A stretch of DNA of 64,000 nucleotides from Schmidtea polychroa. Taxonomy: Eukaryota. Where the stretch lies: assembly GCA_044892525.1 (NCBI GenBank), contig CM097885.1:26662001-26726000 (forward strand). Reading direction: 5' to 3'. The notes below the pieces were generated by a model, which was not told the origin of the DNA, searched no databases, and worked only from the letters and a program-made list of their open reading frames with translations. Shown here piece after piece: positions 1-11,281 of the stretch. A program made the position numbers and the translations under genes. Position 1 is the stretch's first letter. Each line of letters begins with the position of its first letter.

Positions 1-41
1 TACAAACATACGAAGCAGAAAGAGTAAAGAGAGAAATAGAA

Positions 42-1532
42 ATGTACAAAACCATGTATGAGAAAAAGCAACAAGAATTAGAAGCGGAGAAGGCGGAAGC
101 ACTAGCAACAAAGGAGGAGTGGATGAAACAGGTAGAGGAATTAACCGAGGATGTGAGAAATACCTCAACATACCAAGAATTGGAGGAAGAGCTCTCGAAT
201 TTACGAACTCAGCGGATTATGGAGATAGTTGGGTTATGCGGAGAGATAATAATGCAGAAGGCACAAATTAGGGAAGCAAAGGAGCAATACGAGGAGGAAC
301 AGCGTAAAACGGAACGAATAAAACTACAAGCGCAACAATGGAAACTAAAGTACGAAACCCTCCAGACAAGGCAGAATGATAGTCACGAACATCAAATACG
401 GAATTACAAGGCCGAACTAGAAGAAGTAAAGGGCAAATGCGCAATGATGAAAGAAAAATGGGAAAGATGCAAAAAGACCCTAAACGAAGTCAGAGGGCAA
501 GGGAGGAGAACACCGCATAGAGAACCAATTGTTAGAGATAACGTATTAGAGCGAATTAACACACAAATAAAGATACAAGCCCAGAAATGGAAGTATAAAT
601 ACCTAGGAAGTCAAACTCAAGTGCTCTATTGGAAAATCAGTAGCAAGGAACAACTGCGATTACGAAAAGCAGACCAAGAATTTCACGAAACAAGAGCTGC
701 ACAGCGAGAAGAAGAGGAAGTAGAGTGGAGAAAACGACAGCAGAAAACTGAGGAAACCGAAAAGTGTCTCAAGCATCAAGCCCGAAAATGGAAAAAGAAT
801 TGGAAAGAGACCAAAGAGGAGTTAAGACAGTTACCAATAAAACTGATGGAAAGAGACGAATTTAAAATATGGGAAACGATAGAAAACCAAAAAGATGAGA
901 TCAGCCGATTGAGTAGAGAACATAGAATCAAGACGCGGATCAGCGACGGTAGACAGAGAATCATAAAGAAACAGACTCGAGAAATAAGAAGGTATGAATT
1001 CCAGGAAAAGAGATGGGAACAACAATTGACAGACCAAGATCGACAGATCCGACAATTACAAACCGAAGTGGAAGAAGCCAATCAAGAGATGAACGGATAT
1101 AAAGGTATGTACACCCAAAGGGATGTGAATTGGAGGCACCAGATTGAGCTTAATGCGAAATATAGAGAGGAGTGCGACAAGACAATTCAACAAACCAAAC
1201 AGGAAACCGAGATAATAAAACGATGCTTCGAAGAAAATGAAGCAAATTTGAGAGCGGAAATTGAGAAACTAAAAACGCTCGAAAGAACCCAACGATTGGA
1301 AGAGGAATTAAACGAAATGATAGAAAACGAAGGTAGATTAACGTTTTTATTGGATGAGGAAATAAACATCTCAACGGAACTACGAGAGGAAATAGATCGG
1401 TTAAGGAGACAACCACCAATATTATTAATGCCACTCTACCCGTTCCCGTTGCAAGTGCCACAGCCTGCCGAAGTCACCACAGATGAAGGCTTCGATGAAA
1501 ATAACGAACAAAATAACGCAACATGGAGTTAG
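42..1532 (+). CDS. Long coiled-coil protein, probably a retroelement accessory ORF; frame is open upstream to the window edge
   Basis: 496 aa E/K/Q/R-rich heptads with recurring KxQAxxWK motifs (KLQAQQWK, KIQAQKWK, KHQARKWK). No introns. Confidence 0.65.
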   Translation: MYKTMYEKKQQELEAEKAEALATKEEWMKQVEELTEDVRNTSTYQELEEELSNLRTQRIMEIVGLCGEIIMQKAQIREAKEQYEEEQRKTERIKLQAQQWKLKYETLQTRQNDSHEHQIRNYKAELEEVKGKCAMMKEKWERCKKTLNEVRGQGRRTPHREPIVRDNVLERINTQIKIQAQKWKYKYLGSQTQVLYWKISSKEQLRLRKADQEFHETRAAQREEEEVEWRKRQQKTEETEKCLKHQARKWKKNWKETKEELRQLPIKLMERDEFKIWETIENQKDEISRLSREHRIKTRISDGRQRIIKKQTREIRRYEFQEKRWEQQLTDQDRQIRQLQTEVEEANQEMNGYKGMYTQRDVNWRHQIELNAKYREECDKTIQQTKQETEIIKRCFEENEANLRAEIEKLKTLERTQRLEEELNEMIENEGRLTFLLDEEINISTELREEIDRLRRQPPILLMPLYPFPLQVPQPAEVTTDEGFDENNEQNNATWS

Positions 1533-1564
1533 TCGAAGGGAGATGTTGCCTGTAAATAAGAATG

Positions 1565-1623
<59 letters not shown>
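1565..1623 (+). repeat. Poly(A) tract of about 59 nt
   Basis: Direct read; lies between ORF1 and ORF2. Confidence 0.95.
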
Positions 1624-1625
<2 letters not shown>

Positions 1626-1690
1626 AAAACCAAATAAAAATTACAAAACCAAAAAATTCAGAATAAAAAGAAGACAAAAGGAAATATGAT

Positions 1691-2476
1691 ATGTATATTT
1701 TTGTAGATATGAATTATTTAAAAGAAAGAGAATCAACGAGTAACGAAGGAAAGTCAAACGACCAACCTGAACAAAACCAGGATATGATACCAATCAAACA
1801 AGAACCGATGAAATATTATAGCAATAAATGGAGAGTCAGCAAGAAGTTGTTCAAATTAAAGATTGCAAATCAAAATGTAGAGATTACGAGATTGAGGCAG
1901 CATATTGTTCAATCAAGACGATTAATAAACACTGTCAAGCAAGAAATTTTGAGGGAAATAAAGGAATCGAAACGAAAAGAGACAGAAAATAAAAACCTGA
2001 GACAAGAGATAGTAGAGTTGAGAGCTCAGGCAGTAATCGAAGATTATTGGAAATCAGAAACAAGGAAGTTGAAAAAGATTGTGAATATCGACCAAGTCTA
2101 TATCGAGCAGTTAGAAGCACAATATGCTTATGCAAAAACAAGAGTGCGAGAAAGTAAAAAAGTCGAGAAGAGAAATGTAAAACTCAAGGAAGAGATCAAG
2201 GAACAAAGAGAGGAAACAGAAAAACAATGGAAGTTGAAAGAAAATTACCGGAGAATCTTAAATCAAAAACGACGAAGCATGCAAGCATTGCAGACGGCAA
2301 TAACCATCAAGCAGAGAAAATGGAAAAGTAAAGAGAAGCAATTACAAGAAATACCAGAATTAAAGAGACAGTTGATAGCAACGCAACTCGAAGTAATAAG
2401 AATGAACGAGTTGAGCAAAAGACGAGCACCTGAACCTCCCGTAAAATTAAGGGATGAGGTCGGTGGCTCCCAATAA
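1691..2476 (+). CDS. Basic coiled-coil protein (accessory ORF2); start may be the ATG at 1709
   Basis: 261 aa K/R/E-rich ORF. TTTTTGTAG lies just before the second ATG. Confidence 0.6.
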   Translation: MYIFVDMNYLKERESTSNEGKSNDQPEQNQDMIPIKQEPMKYYSNKWRVSKKLFKLKIANQNVEITRLRQHIVQSRRLINTVKQEILREIKESKRKETENKNLRQEIVELRAQAVIEDYWKSETRKLKKIVNIDQVYIEQLEAQYAYAKTRVRESKKVEKRNVKLKEEIKEQREETEKQWKLKENYRRILNQKRRSMQALQTAITIKQRKWKSKEKQLQEIPELKRQLIATQLEVIRMNELSKRRAPEPPVKLRDEVGGSQ

Positions 2477-2552
2477 ATGAGACAAAATAACCGTGTAAAT
2501 AAATTGTAAATAAAGCCAAGTAATTATTATTAACATATATGTATATGTAAAG

Positions 2553-3539
2553 ATGAGAAGCCTAATCGTGATGATGATTATAATGACAATGCCAAAAATC
2601 CTGCAAGCAGAAGAATCAATGATCAGATGCCAGAAAGAATACCCATATCGCAGAGAAGATAGTACATGTAGTAGCTTTAAATCGATCTGCGAAAAACCCA
2701 ATGAGGAATGCGAACAAATCAAGTTACAATGTTCGCAATGTCCACAAACAACTGAAAGTTCGACGGAAGTGCAAATGGCTCAGACAATAAAAACAATGTT
2801 AGAACAAGAAATGAAAGTTATCAGAACCCAGATGGCAACATTAGCCAAACAATGTCAAAGTCAGAAATCAAAGAGAGAATCCCAAACAGATCCAGCCGCA
2901 ATGAGAATGATGGTAATAATATTAGAGGAAATAAAACAACAGGTAACAGCAACCGCCTATGGACGTTCAAGCAATTGCGAAACAGTAGTAAAATCTTTGG
3001 AGGAAATGAAAGGAAAAATAACTTCCATCATCAAAGAGGAACCCAGCATTAAAAATGAGGTAACGAAAACCTTGAAAGAAATGACAAGGGAAATCCTAAC
3101 TACCATAAACAAAAACCCAACGAACTCCGAGAAGATGATTAAAACCCTTGAGGCAATAAAGAAAGTTGTCACCTCAGAAGAAAACAAATTCAATAAGCCC
3201 GAAAAATCAGAAACGGCGGATACAACCCAATTAAAAGAAATTATGAACAAACCCAAAGTAATAGAACCGAGAGAGTCTGAATCCCTCACAATATTGATCC
3301 TATTAGCGGCGAGCCTAATGATAAACATCACCGTACTGAGCCTGATTGCACTCAAACCCAATTCCAGTAAAGAAAGAAACAAAACCCTCAAACTAAAGGA
3401 ACAATCAAGAAGTATTCGTATCCCAATGGAAGAACAGCTAGTCCAAACAACGAACCAACCAAGCTACTTCAAATCTTCCCCAAACATTGAAACCAGAGCC
3501 GTCATCGAGACGAGATCCCGAACAACCGAATTTTATTAA
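2553..3539 (+). CDS. Predicted type I membrane protein in env-like position
   Basis: Hydrophobic N-terminus, Cys cluster, about four ~25-aa amphipathic repeats, TM segment LTILILLAASLMINITVLSLIAL, basic tail. Confidence 0.65.
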   Translation: MRSLIVMMIIMTMPKILQAEESMIRCQKEYPYRREDSTCSSFKSICEKPNEECEQIKLQCSQCPQTTESSTEVQMAQTIKTMLEQEMKVIRTQMATLAKQCQSQKSKRESQTDPAAMRMMVIILEEIKQQVTATAYGRSSNCETVVKSLEEMKGKITSIIKEEPSIKNEVTKTLKEMTREILTTINKNPTNSEKMIKTLEAIKKVVTSEENKFNKPEKSETADTTQLKEIMNKPKVIEPRESESLTILILLAASLMINITVLSLIALKPNSSKERNKTLKLKEQSRSIRIPMEEQLVQTTNQPSYFKSSPNIETRAVIETRSRTTEFY

Positions 3540-5899
3540 TGTGACATCACGACAGTATAAACATTTCATGACATTATAAAACATTATCAAACAATCATGA
3601 TTTCAAAGACTGAGACTGATTATGACTAATAACATTGATTCTTGAGCATGATAATTTTATTTTTGTGTGGACCGACCTCGGTCGTTCTTTTTCTTCATCT
3701 TTCAACCCATCCGTAGAATGTAGTATAATAGTAGCCTTTTTATGTATGTGGGTATTGAGGTCACGACCCTGTAGCTCGTAGACCCAATTTGCATGTAGGC
3801 ACTTGTAATATAGTGCAAGTATTCTGAAAAATAATTTTCTTCATCTTGTGATTTAAATTGCGGGTCGCAATTTTATGGGCCCCCGAGTGTTTTATGTTGG
3901 GCTAGAACTGATTTCTAGACCCAAAATACTAATTGTGACTGAAACGCGTAGGTACACAGCAAGTAAAAAAGCACCAAGTATAGTTAAATATTAAAACCTA
4001 CACCAAATAAACAATATTAACTAAAGGAGAAAGCAACAAAAACATAAACAAAGAAATTAAACAAAATTATACAAAAGCAAGAAGTGATGCAAAAATCTAA
4101 CTCAAAAATAACCAAATAAACACAGGGTTACAAAAAACAGACTCGAATAACTTAAAAGACGATAAAAACAGTAAAACATTCCAGAAAAACCCAGAACATT
4201 CTATAAAAATGGCGATGACCATCACAAAAGTTATCTAGAACAACAAAAGTTAAGGAAAATAAATAAATTAGTATTAAAAATAATAAATCTTTAAAAGAAA
4301 TTCACAAAACATCAGTTAAAATAAAAATTAAATTAAAAATAAAATAGAATGTTCTGGAACCGTTCCAAATCCATCATGGACGGCAAATTAACGAAAAATA
4401 ATTAAAAAATAAAAATATAAAAATAAAAACAAAAATTATGGCACAAAAATTGTCATTAAAAATAGCAAAATCGCTAAATAGAAAATTCTGGAATAAAAAG
4501 AATTCGAGTTTGTTTTAATGCATCAATACATACACGTGTACTAAATAGGTATATATACTGACACGTTTCAGTCACAATCAATCACTTTTATGCCAAATTT
4601 TTGTGACAAAATTTCCAAAATCGATAGTAAGCATTGATCTTTATTTGTATATTAATTGTTTAATTATATAGATGGTATTTTAAATTTATTTTTGCTTAAA
4701 ATTTTTTTTTGCGATGTATGAGTGATCAACGGCGTACTGGTATTCCTGCGTCGTTGTTCAGTCCTGCATCCAATTTATTAAAATCGTTATTAACAAGACA
4801 TGCAGACACGCATTATCGTTATTATAGTGATATTTATTATATGATTTCCTTTTGTTCGGGTCAGCCGGAGGTCGAACTACTTCATGGTCCTGCCATGGAG
4901 TTAGGTCGAGGAAACCCTCCGCCTGACTCTTCGTATTTATTTAAGGTCAGCCGTAAATGGTTGACTTAGCACACAACACTAAGGTTTGTGGACGTGGTCA
5001 CAGTGAGGCCATGAAAGCAATATTCTTCCCGACTCATTGCGTAATATACAATTAAACTCAACACTTAAAATCCTGAACAATAACTCTACACTAAGGTTCT
5101 AATTTGAGTAGAGCTCGTACCTAAAATTACACAATTCTACACTCACATTAATGTAGCTAGTTGATTCATAATGGTAATTTCAATTATACTTAGACATATG
5201 CCGAACTAGATTTTGTAGTAAGGATCTTTGATAAAGTAATAGAAAAAAGAGAGATATTCGGCATACGTACAGGTATAACTTGATCTAGATATGTTGATTC
5301 CGAGTAAAGATAGACATTTTAAATCTAGCTCCCACTTTAAAATGTTTGTAAATGTGTAGGCTCTTAGTTGTAATATTCTTGTTGTTAACTATAAAACTAT
5401 AAGTTATAAATAATTACGATAGCTAGGTACAAACCACGTCGATCCTGAAAATGTAAATTGTTAATGGAGAAAGTCTGATCAGAGATAGTAGTAAACAATT
5501 TTCGTATAAAAATCAACTTAGGATTGGTTACAGATAGGCGATAGACGCGCTAGAACCCTGAAGTTTAATCCACAAATAGGACCAGGAAATCTGTAAGTAC
5601 TGCGGAAAACAATGTTGATCATAGAAGGAAGTTGTAAGAAGTATATTCCGTCGACTAAAAATTTCAAATTATAAAGTATGAAAATACGAATTACAAAAGT
5701 ATAAATTTTAGATTATAAACTTATAAATTATAAGTTAAGCAATTATAACTTATAAAATATGAATGTATAAATTTCAAAATATGAAATTAATTATAAATTA
5801 CAAGATTGTAAATCCCTAAATGGAAAAATTTTAAATTATAAATCGAAAATTATCAAAGTATAAATTATAAAACATGAATTTATAATTCTAAAACATGGG

Positions 5900-6255
5900 A
5901 TTATAAAATTATAGTTATCATAATCCTGATCATTTCCCTTGTTATTACTATTAGCAGTATCAACATTATCATCACTATTAGTATTATTATTCTTATTATT
6001 ATTATATTATTATTATCATTATTATGAATATCATAATTAGCATTATTATTATTATCATCATTATCAGTACCATTATAAAAATTTATTATTATTCTTGTTA
6101 TTACTATTATTAGTATTATTATTATTACCATTATTAAAATTTATTATTATTCTTATTATTATTACTATCATTGCTATTATTAATATTATTATTATCATTA
6201 TTATTATTATTATTAGTATCGTTATTTCATTGTTATTATTATTGGTATTATTACA
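5900..6255. repeat. Degenerate (ATT)n low-complexity tract, preceded by degenerate TTATAAA-like repeats (~5660-5890)
   Basis: Direct read. Confidence 0.9.
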
Positions 6256-6771
6256 GTTAACTACAAAAAATCGATATCCCAATCCGATATCGATCACCTG
6301 GAAATTTAGAAATTAGCAAATTAAATAAATTACTTGTATGCAGAGCAAACCACTCATAACGAGCACAACCGAAGGAAAGGTAAGCAGACGAAGAGCTTAG
6401 TTCGTTGCTAGTACCTGTCGCCCCAGCGTGCCCGAATTTAGTGGCCTAAGAATGACGATCAAAAAGGAAAAAATTCACATTTTATTAATATGTAAATTAA
6501 AATTTATAAATAGTAATTAAAATTACTACTCAGTGGTAAACAAAATTTTGAATGGAAATGATTAATTTAAACAAACGAATTTTGACGAAAATTTTTTTTT
6601 GTGTGTTTGTTTTGATAAAGTAGGAAATCTTATTCCACTGCTCCTAAACTTATAGATGGTAGTCTTAAAATAAAATATTTTTTTTTTTAAAGGGAAAAAG
6701 GGTCAACAAAATCTTGTGGTTGACGTCGTATCTCAATCAGTATAGAGGGGCTTGATTATTATTTTGTAGAA

Positions 6772-7137
6772 ATGTCCTACTCTGACAGCGATAGCCACGA
6801 AGAAGCCGACCGACAGATGCTTACCAGACTCCGTACACGGTACATATGGCACCGTATCCATGATTGGAATCGGGGTTTGGACCTCGACAACTTTGGCCCA
6901 GTAATCAGGAGTGGGCCGGAGCCGGACGCTCCGGCGTGGGTAAAAACAGAGCCCACAAACGATTTTTTGCAAGAGGCCCGCGACCGAGCGGCCATCGAGG
7001 TAGAAGCAGCTCAGATGCGACTCAAGAAGATCGAGCTACAAATCCAAGCAGAAAAAGAGGGAAAAACCGTGGAGGACCTAGAAGAGGCCGAGGCAACCCC
7101 GCGGAAGAGGGGAAGGCCTCGCAAGCGACTGAACTGA
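6772..7137 (+). CDS. Small AT-hook protein (121 aa)
   Basis: GC-rich ORF in AT-rich flanks, short coiled coil, C-terminal TPRKRGRPRK canonical AT-hook. TTTTGTAG acceptor-like site precedes the ATG. Confidence 0.7.
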   Translation: MSYSDSDSHEEADRQMLTRLRTRYIWHRIHDWNRGLDLDNFGPVIRSGPEPDAPAWVKTEPTNDFLQEARDRAAIEVEAAQMRLKKIELQIQAEKEGKTVEDLEEAEATPRKRGRPRKRLN

Positions 7138-7347
7138 CTCATCGTCAAAATTTTGTTTTTTGCAAATTAACATTCAGTTGCGATTTTATTAAACTTTGAT
7201 TTTAGTGATAATTATTTCAGTCCTTTTAATAAACCATCTTGTGTATTGCGTGCTTAACATCCGAAACTATGTTTATTTATAATATTGATTTTATTTTATA
7301 ATTGAATGAATAGTAGGCTGCAAGAATATAATCGTTGAATTTATCTA

Positions 7348-7818
7348 GTGTTCAGACTATTGGAAAATCTGCGAAGAGATAGGGCAGAAGCTCAAAAACA
7401 GTCCGAGGAACTCCGCATACGAGTAGACAAGCTCAAGGGACGGTGCCGGGAACTAGAAAGCACCTGGTTTAGTCCCGAGGATATGAAAAAGAAGGTGGCG
7501 CAGGTCCTTCAACTGCAGACTCAAGCCGCGCAGGATCAGATGGAGATCCGGGCACTGAAGCTCCAGCTCCGCGCGCTAGAAACCGAGCGAAATGAACAAG
7601 TAGTTCACGGAGCCGCCATAAGCCAAATCCGGCCGTTGACCGTGGAACTAGCAGCAAAATACCCCCCGGCCGCGAAAGAGAAACCCAAAAGAAAGCGGTT
7701 AGGCCGAAATATTCGGGAAAAATTGAAGAAAGCTAGACTGGCCGAATACGAGCGACAAGCAAATTTGTCACTAGCAGCTGCGACGAAATTGGCCAGTCCT
7801 ACCAATAAGCCTGTTTGA
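7348..7818 (+). CDS. Coiled-coil protein with basic NLS-like segment; 5' end probably spliced
   Basis: GC-rich 156-codon frame, KEKPKRKRLGR motif, weak similarity to the ORFs at 22776-23509. Confidence 0.55.
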   Translation: MFRLLENLRRDRAEAQKQSEELRIRVDKLKGRCRELESTWFSPEDMKKKVAQVLQLQTQAAQDQMEIRALKLQLRALETERNEQVVHGAAISQIRPLTVELAAKYPPAAKEKPKRKRLGRNIREKLKKARLAEYERQANLSLAAATKLASPTNKPV

Positions 7819-8221
7819 ACTTATATTCGGTTTTAGGTGTTTTGTAGTATTTTTATGTATTGTGGTAGTCTTCAAATAATATGTTCCTTGTTAAAATACT
7901 GCACGTTTTGTAGTGATAAAATAATGACTAGTACAGTTTATGATTGCCTGGGAAATGAGAGTTTGTGCATAAGGTTGGGAAAACAATTTTGATAAAGGGA
8001 CCTGAGAAATCGGACACACACCTTCTATCGGTAGTCCGTGAACCCACGGAGTACTCGACAACTATAGTGCTTTGATGCGCTCACTTTTTGCGAGTACTCA
8101 ACCCTTGGTACAGTACCAACGTTGATCACTCAACGGGTACCAAGCGGAAAAACAATGTTGTATTTTGGGTTACGCTGGTAACAGCACTCAATCATTCAAC
8201 CACCAGTAACCCACCAGAGCA

Positions 8222-8893
8222 AAATAATTTTTTTCATTTTTAAACTTGCAAAGAGATCTATGAAGAAATGAAAGAATGTAATATAAAAGCGAATTTTAAA
8301 ATATTTCTACCAAAATTGGATATACTAATTACATATTTCAATGAAAGAATTTATCAATTTGATGATCTTAAACCGTCTTTTGATTTATTTTGTGATCCAA
8401 TTACTATTGATATCAACTCCGTTGATCTTAAATATCAAATAGAATTATGCGACCTGAGGCCGACCCATTTTTTATATCTCGTGGAGTAACTGGAATAGAA
8501 ATATTCAAATTTTTCGATAAAGAGAAATATCCAAAATTGAGAGATTTTGGACTTCAAATTGTATCAATGTTCGGAAGTACATATATCTACGAGCGTGCAT
8601 ACTCCGATATGAAATATATAAAGTCAAAATATAAAAACAGTTTGAAAGATTCCACTCTTGAAGATATAATTAGACTTGCCACAACAAATATTGATGTGGA
8701 AATAAAAGATATTGTTGATAAACAAATACGGCTACAATGTTCTGATTAATATATTACGAATATTTTAAAATTTTCTTTTTAGTATAAATAAAATATTTTT
8801 TTAAACTGACTTTTCATTTATCAACATTCTTGGCTCTCGAAATGTTCGGTGAAGAAAATATGGCCCTCGGGCTATGATAAGTTGGACAGCGCT
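8222..8893 (+). pseudogene. hAT (GTF2IRD2/SPIN/Charlie-like) transposase C-terminal remnant with 3' end
   Basis: FGSTYIYERAYSDMKYIKSKY dimerisation-type motif across two frames. Ends TGGCCC...AAGTTGGACAGCGCT. Confidence 0.75.
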
Positions 8894-9263
8894 ATACTAA
8901 GACATACTCCCAACATCAAATCAGTGACACATTCTCAACAACTCTCAATAATTAGGTTAAGTTTTATTTTTTCCTTTGTAATTAAATTATTTTCTCTTCA
9001 CTCTTTAATTAAAGATATTTAGTTTTATTAATTAATTAATAATATTTTATATATATTTTTAATTAATATTTAATATTTTATTAATTTTTATTTATTTATA
9101 TTTGTATTTTTATTTACACAATTGGTTATCATAATACAAAACTTTAAAAATGTAATAAAAAAGGCAGTTTTTCAAATAGACAAAGCTAGTGTGAATTTAA
9201 ATGATCACCCCTGAATAAACAATCTTTCGAATAGTGTTGAGGTTATAAAGAAATATAGTGAAT

Positions 9264-9430
9264 ATTAAAAAGTTTGAAGACTATTAATCAGTAAATATAT
9301 CGATTTTTTGATATTCACGAAAGGCAGTACCGCAAATTCGTGAATATGAAAACATCGATATATATATATACTAATTTATAGTCTTCAAGTTTTTTAATAA
9401 ATACAATGGAAAAGAAATCAGTAGTGAAAT
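9264..9430. repeat. Palindromic non-autonomous repeat (Crypton-like), with a second, internally deleted copy at ~19020-19110
   Basis: ~60 bp inverted arms ATTAAAAAGTTTGAAGACTA...GATATTCACGAA / TTCGTGAATAT...TAGTCTTCAAGTTTTTTAAT. Family assignment is by resemblance only. Confidence 0.6.
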
Positions 9431-10457
9431 TGCAAAATAAATAAAATATAGTGAAATTTATAAAGATATAGACATAAAATAATCAACTATTGAAGGATTA
9501 AGGAGAAAGTTAAGGAGGAACAAAACAAAGATTACTAAAGCCAAAATCCAAAGGTCCATGTGCATAGAAAATAACTGATTTGGATTCTAAGTCGACGACT
9601 TCATGTACATAATCATTACTTGATGGTCTATTGAACTGTTCTAACTTAAATCGATTTTGATATTTTAATTAAGTAAATAACTAAATTGTTTAAATGTTTA
9701 AAATTCCCATGATAATCAATCACCAAGTGAATGAAAATGTCGGTACGATTGAATGTTTGGTCTTGTAAAAACCACCCTTAATGATGTGAAATTACGGATG
9801 GCGTGAAAATTTGCCGTTGTAAAATGTTTATTAGGTTTATTAGTTCATGTTTATTTTCAAATATTTTAATTGAGTTTTATTTAAATGAGAAAAAATAATT
9901 GAATTTTCTTATTGGCTACTTCTGCGTGAATTCATCAGAAACAGAAGCGAATTTTTGTACCTTGTATGTTATTTCTCCAAAATTATTTTTTTTCATTTGT
10001 ATCATATAAAATCCTTGCAGACTTCTGAAACGTCATAAATTTTTATTACTGTTGTTAGTGTTGGTCATCAATAAAAGAAGCATTCTGCATTTTTACAGCA
10101 ACCTAACATTGTATATAATATTCTCGGGGGACATGTATGGGAATCTGACAAATGAAAAGATAAATAAAGATATATTTCTATTAAATCAATTAGAGGTTAT
10201 TTAAAAATACAAACTAATTAAATAAATAATTAAAATAAATCAATTTAAAAATAAAAATACCACAGCTTAATCAGTATGAATGAATAAATGGGTGAATTTG
10301 GCTTATAGACAGGAACGGCCGGAGGCCGATGGAAACTGTGCAACCGTACAAGGCCCTGCGTCGTTCCGTTTTTAAATAAAATTTTATTAATAAATTATTT
10401 TTATCTTTTGTTTTTGAAAAACATTCCATAAATAACTTTACAATAATTTAAAAGATA

Positions 10458-10661
10458 TACCGTATTAGCCCGAATATAACGCGATCCAGAATTTAACGCA
10501 ATACCAAAATTTTCATTAAGATTTTTAGAAAAAAATACTCATAAAAAAATTAAAATTAAGGTCGTTATTTAAATTACATTACCTAAACCCCGAATTTAGC
10601 GCGAGTCGATTATTTAATAAAATGTTAAAAAATGTCGCGTTATATTCGGGCTAATACGGTA
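10458..10661. mobile_element. Tc1/mariner-pogo type MITE (~200 bp) with TA target duplication
   Basis: Perfect 25-bp TIR CCGTATTAGCCCGAATATAACGCGA, flanked by TA on both sides. Confidence 0.9.
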
Positions 10662-11281
10662 ATTAATTATATTAATAAAGGTTTTTCTAATGTTATTTTA
10701 ATATATATTGTAATATGTATAGAGTAAAACTAAAACAATGATTTTTCGTCACATTTCGTCACTTTTCAATGCTTACTCATGCCAAAATTTTGATTTTGAA
10801 TTTTCTGAGATTGTAAGAATTTTTCATTAATATATGAGTTATCATGTTTACAGATGATTTTTTTTGTCTTCAAACCTTCACCAATGATTTAGAGGGATTG
10901 ACTGAGATCCCCGTTGTTGACAATTTCAACACGAGATCCCAACCAATCCGGCATCTATAATATGATATGCGGTCCACGACCTGCAAATGCAAGAACTAAA
11001 ATGATTTACCAACCCGGAGTGGCGGTTGACTGCACTGTGTATACGGTGTAGTGTTCTGCTTAAAAATACTTCGAGGTGATCAACTTAGTTGGTGATAAAT
11101 ATGTTTCAAATTGATTTATTTGCGGTTACAACGGGTTTTTTGGTTCGGCTGTAGCTGCATTACTTACATAATAATAGGGCTTATTGCAGTGAGCACAGTG
11201 TGACCACGAAATTAAGCAAAATAATTTTATTAATTTAACCTTTTTCATGCAGTAATCATATATCTAATCATACATTCAAAG

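Larger units (their letters stand above)
1..8221 (+). mobile_element. 3' portion of a putative giant LTR retroelement (Burro-like): accessory ORFs plus a long 3' LTR-like unit
   Basis: Three tandem A-rich + strand ORFs, then a hairpin and GGGCCCCCGAG directly before TGT (3888). The unit ends ...CAGAGCA (8221), abutting an interrupted hAT fossil. No gag/pol in the window, so the class is inferred. Confidence 0.55.
3888..8221 (+). repeat. Putative long LTR (~4.3 kb) containing an ATT-rich tract and two ORFs
   Basis: TG...CA ends. The 5' ~500 bp has a diverged copy at 19304-19845 starting at about the same point (3888-3895). 3' motifs are shared with the 22336-25335 unit. Confidence 0.5.

Noticed and set aside
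1474..1689. Poly-Lys and poly-Phe ORFs
   Set aside because: Artefact of the poly(A) tract.
5901..6316. Ile/Leu/Asn-rich ORFs here and at 24048-24456, 39462-40029, 25109-25465 and 55338-55535
   Set aside because: Translations of AAT or TA microsatellites.
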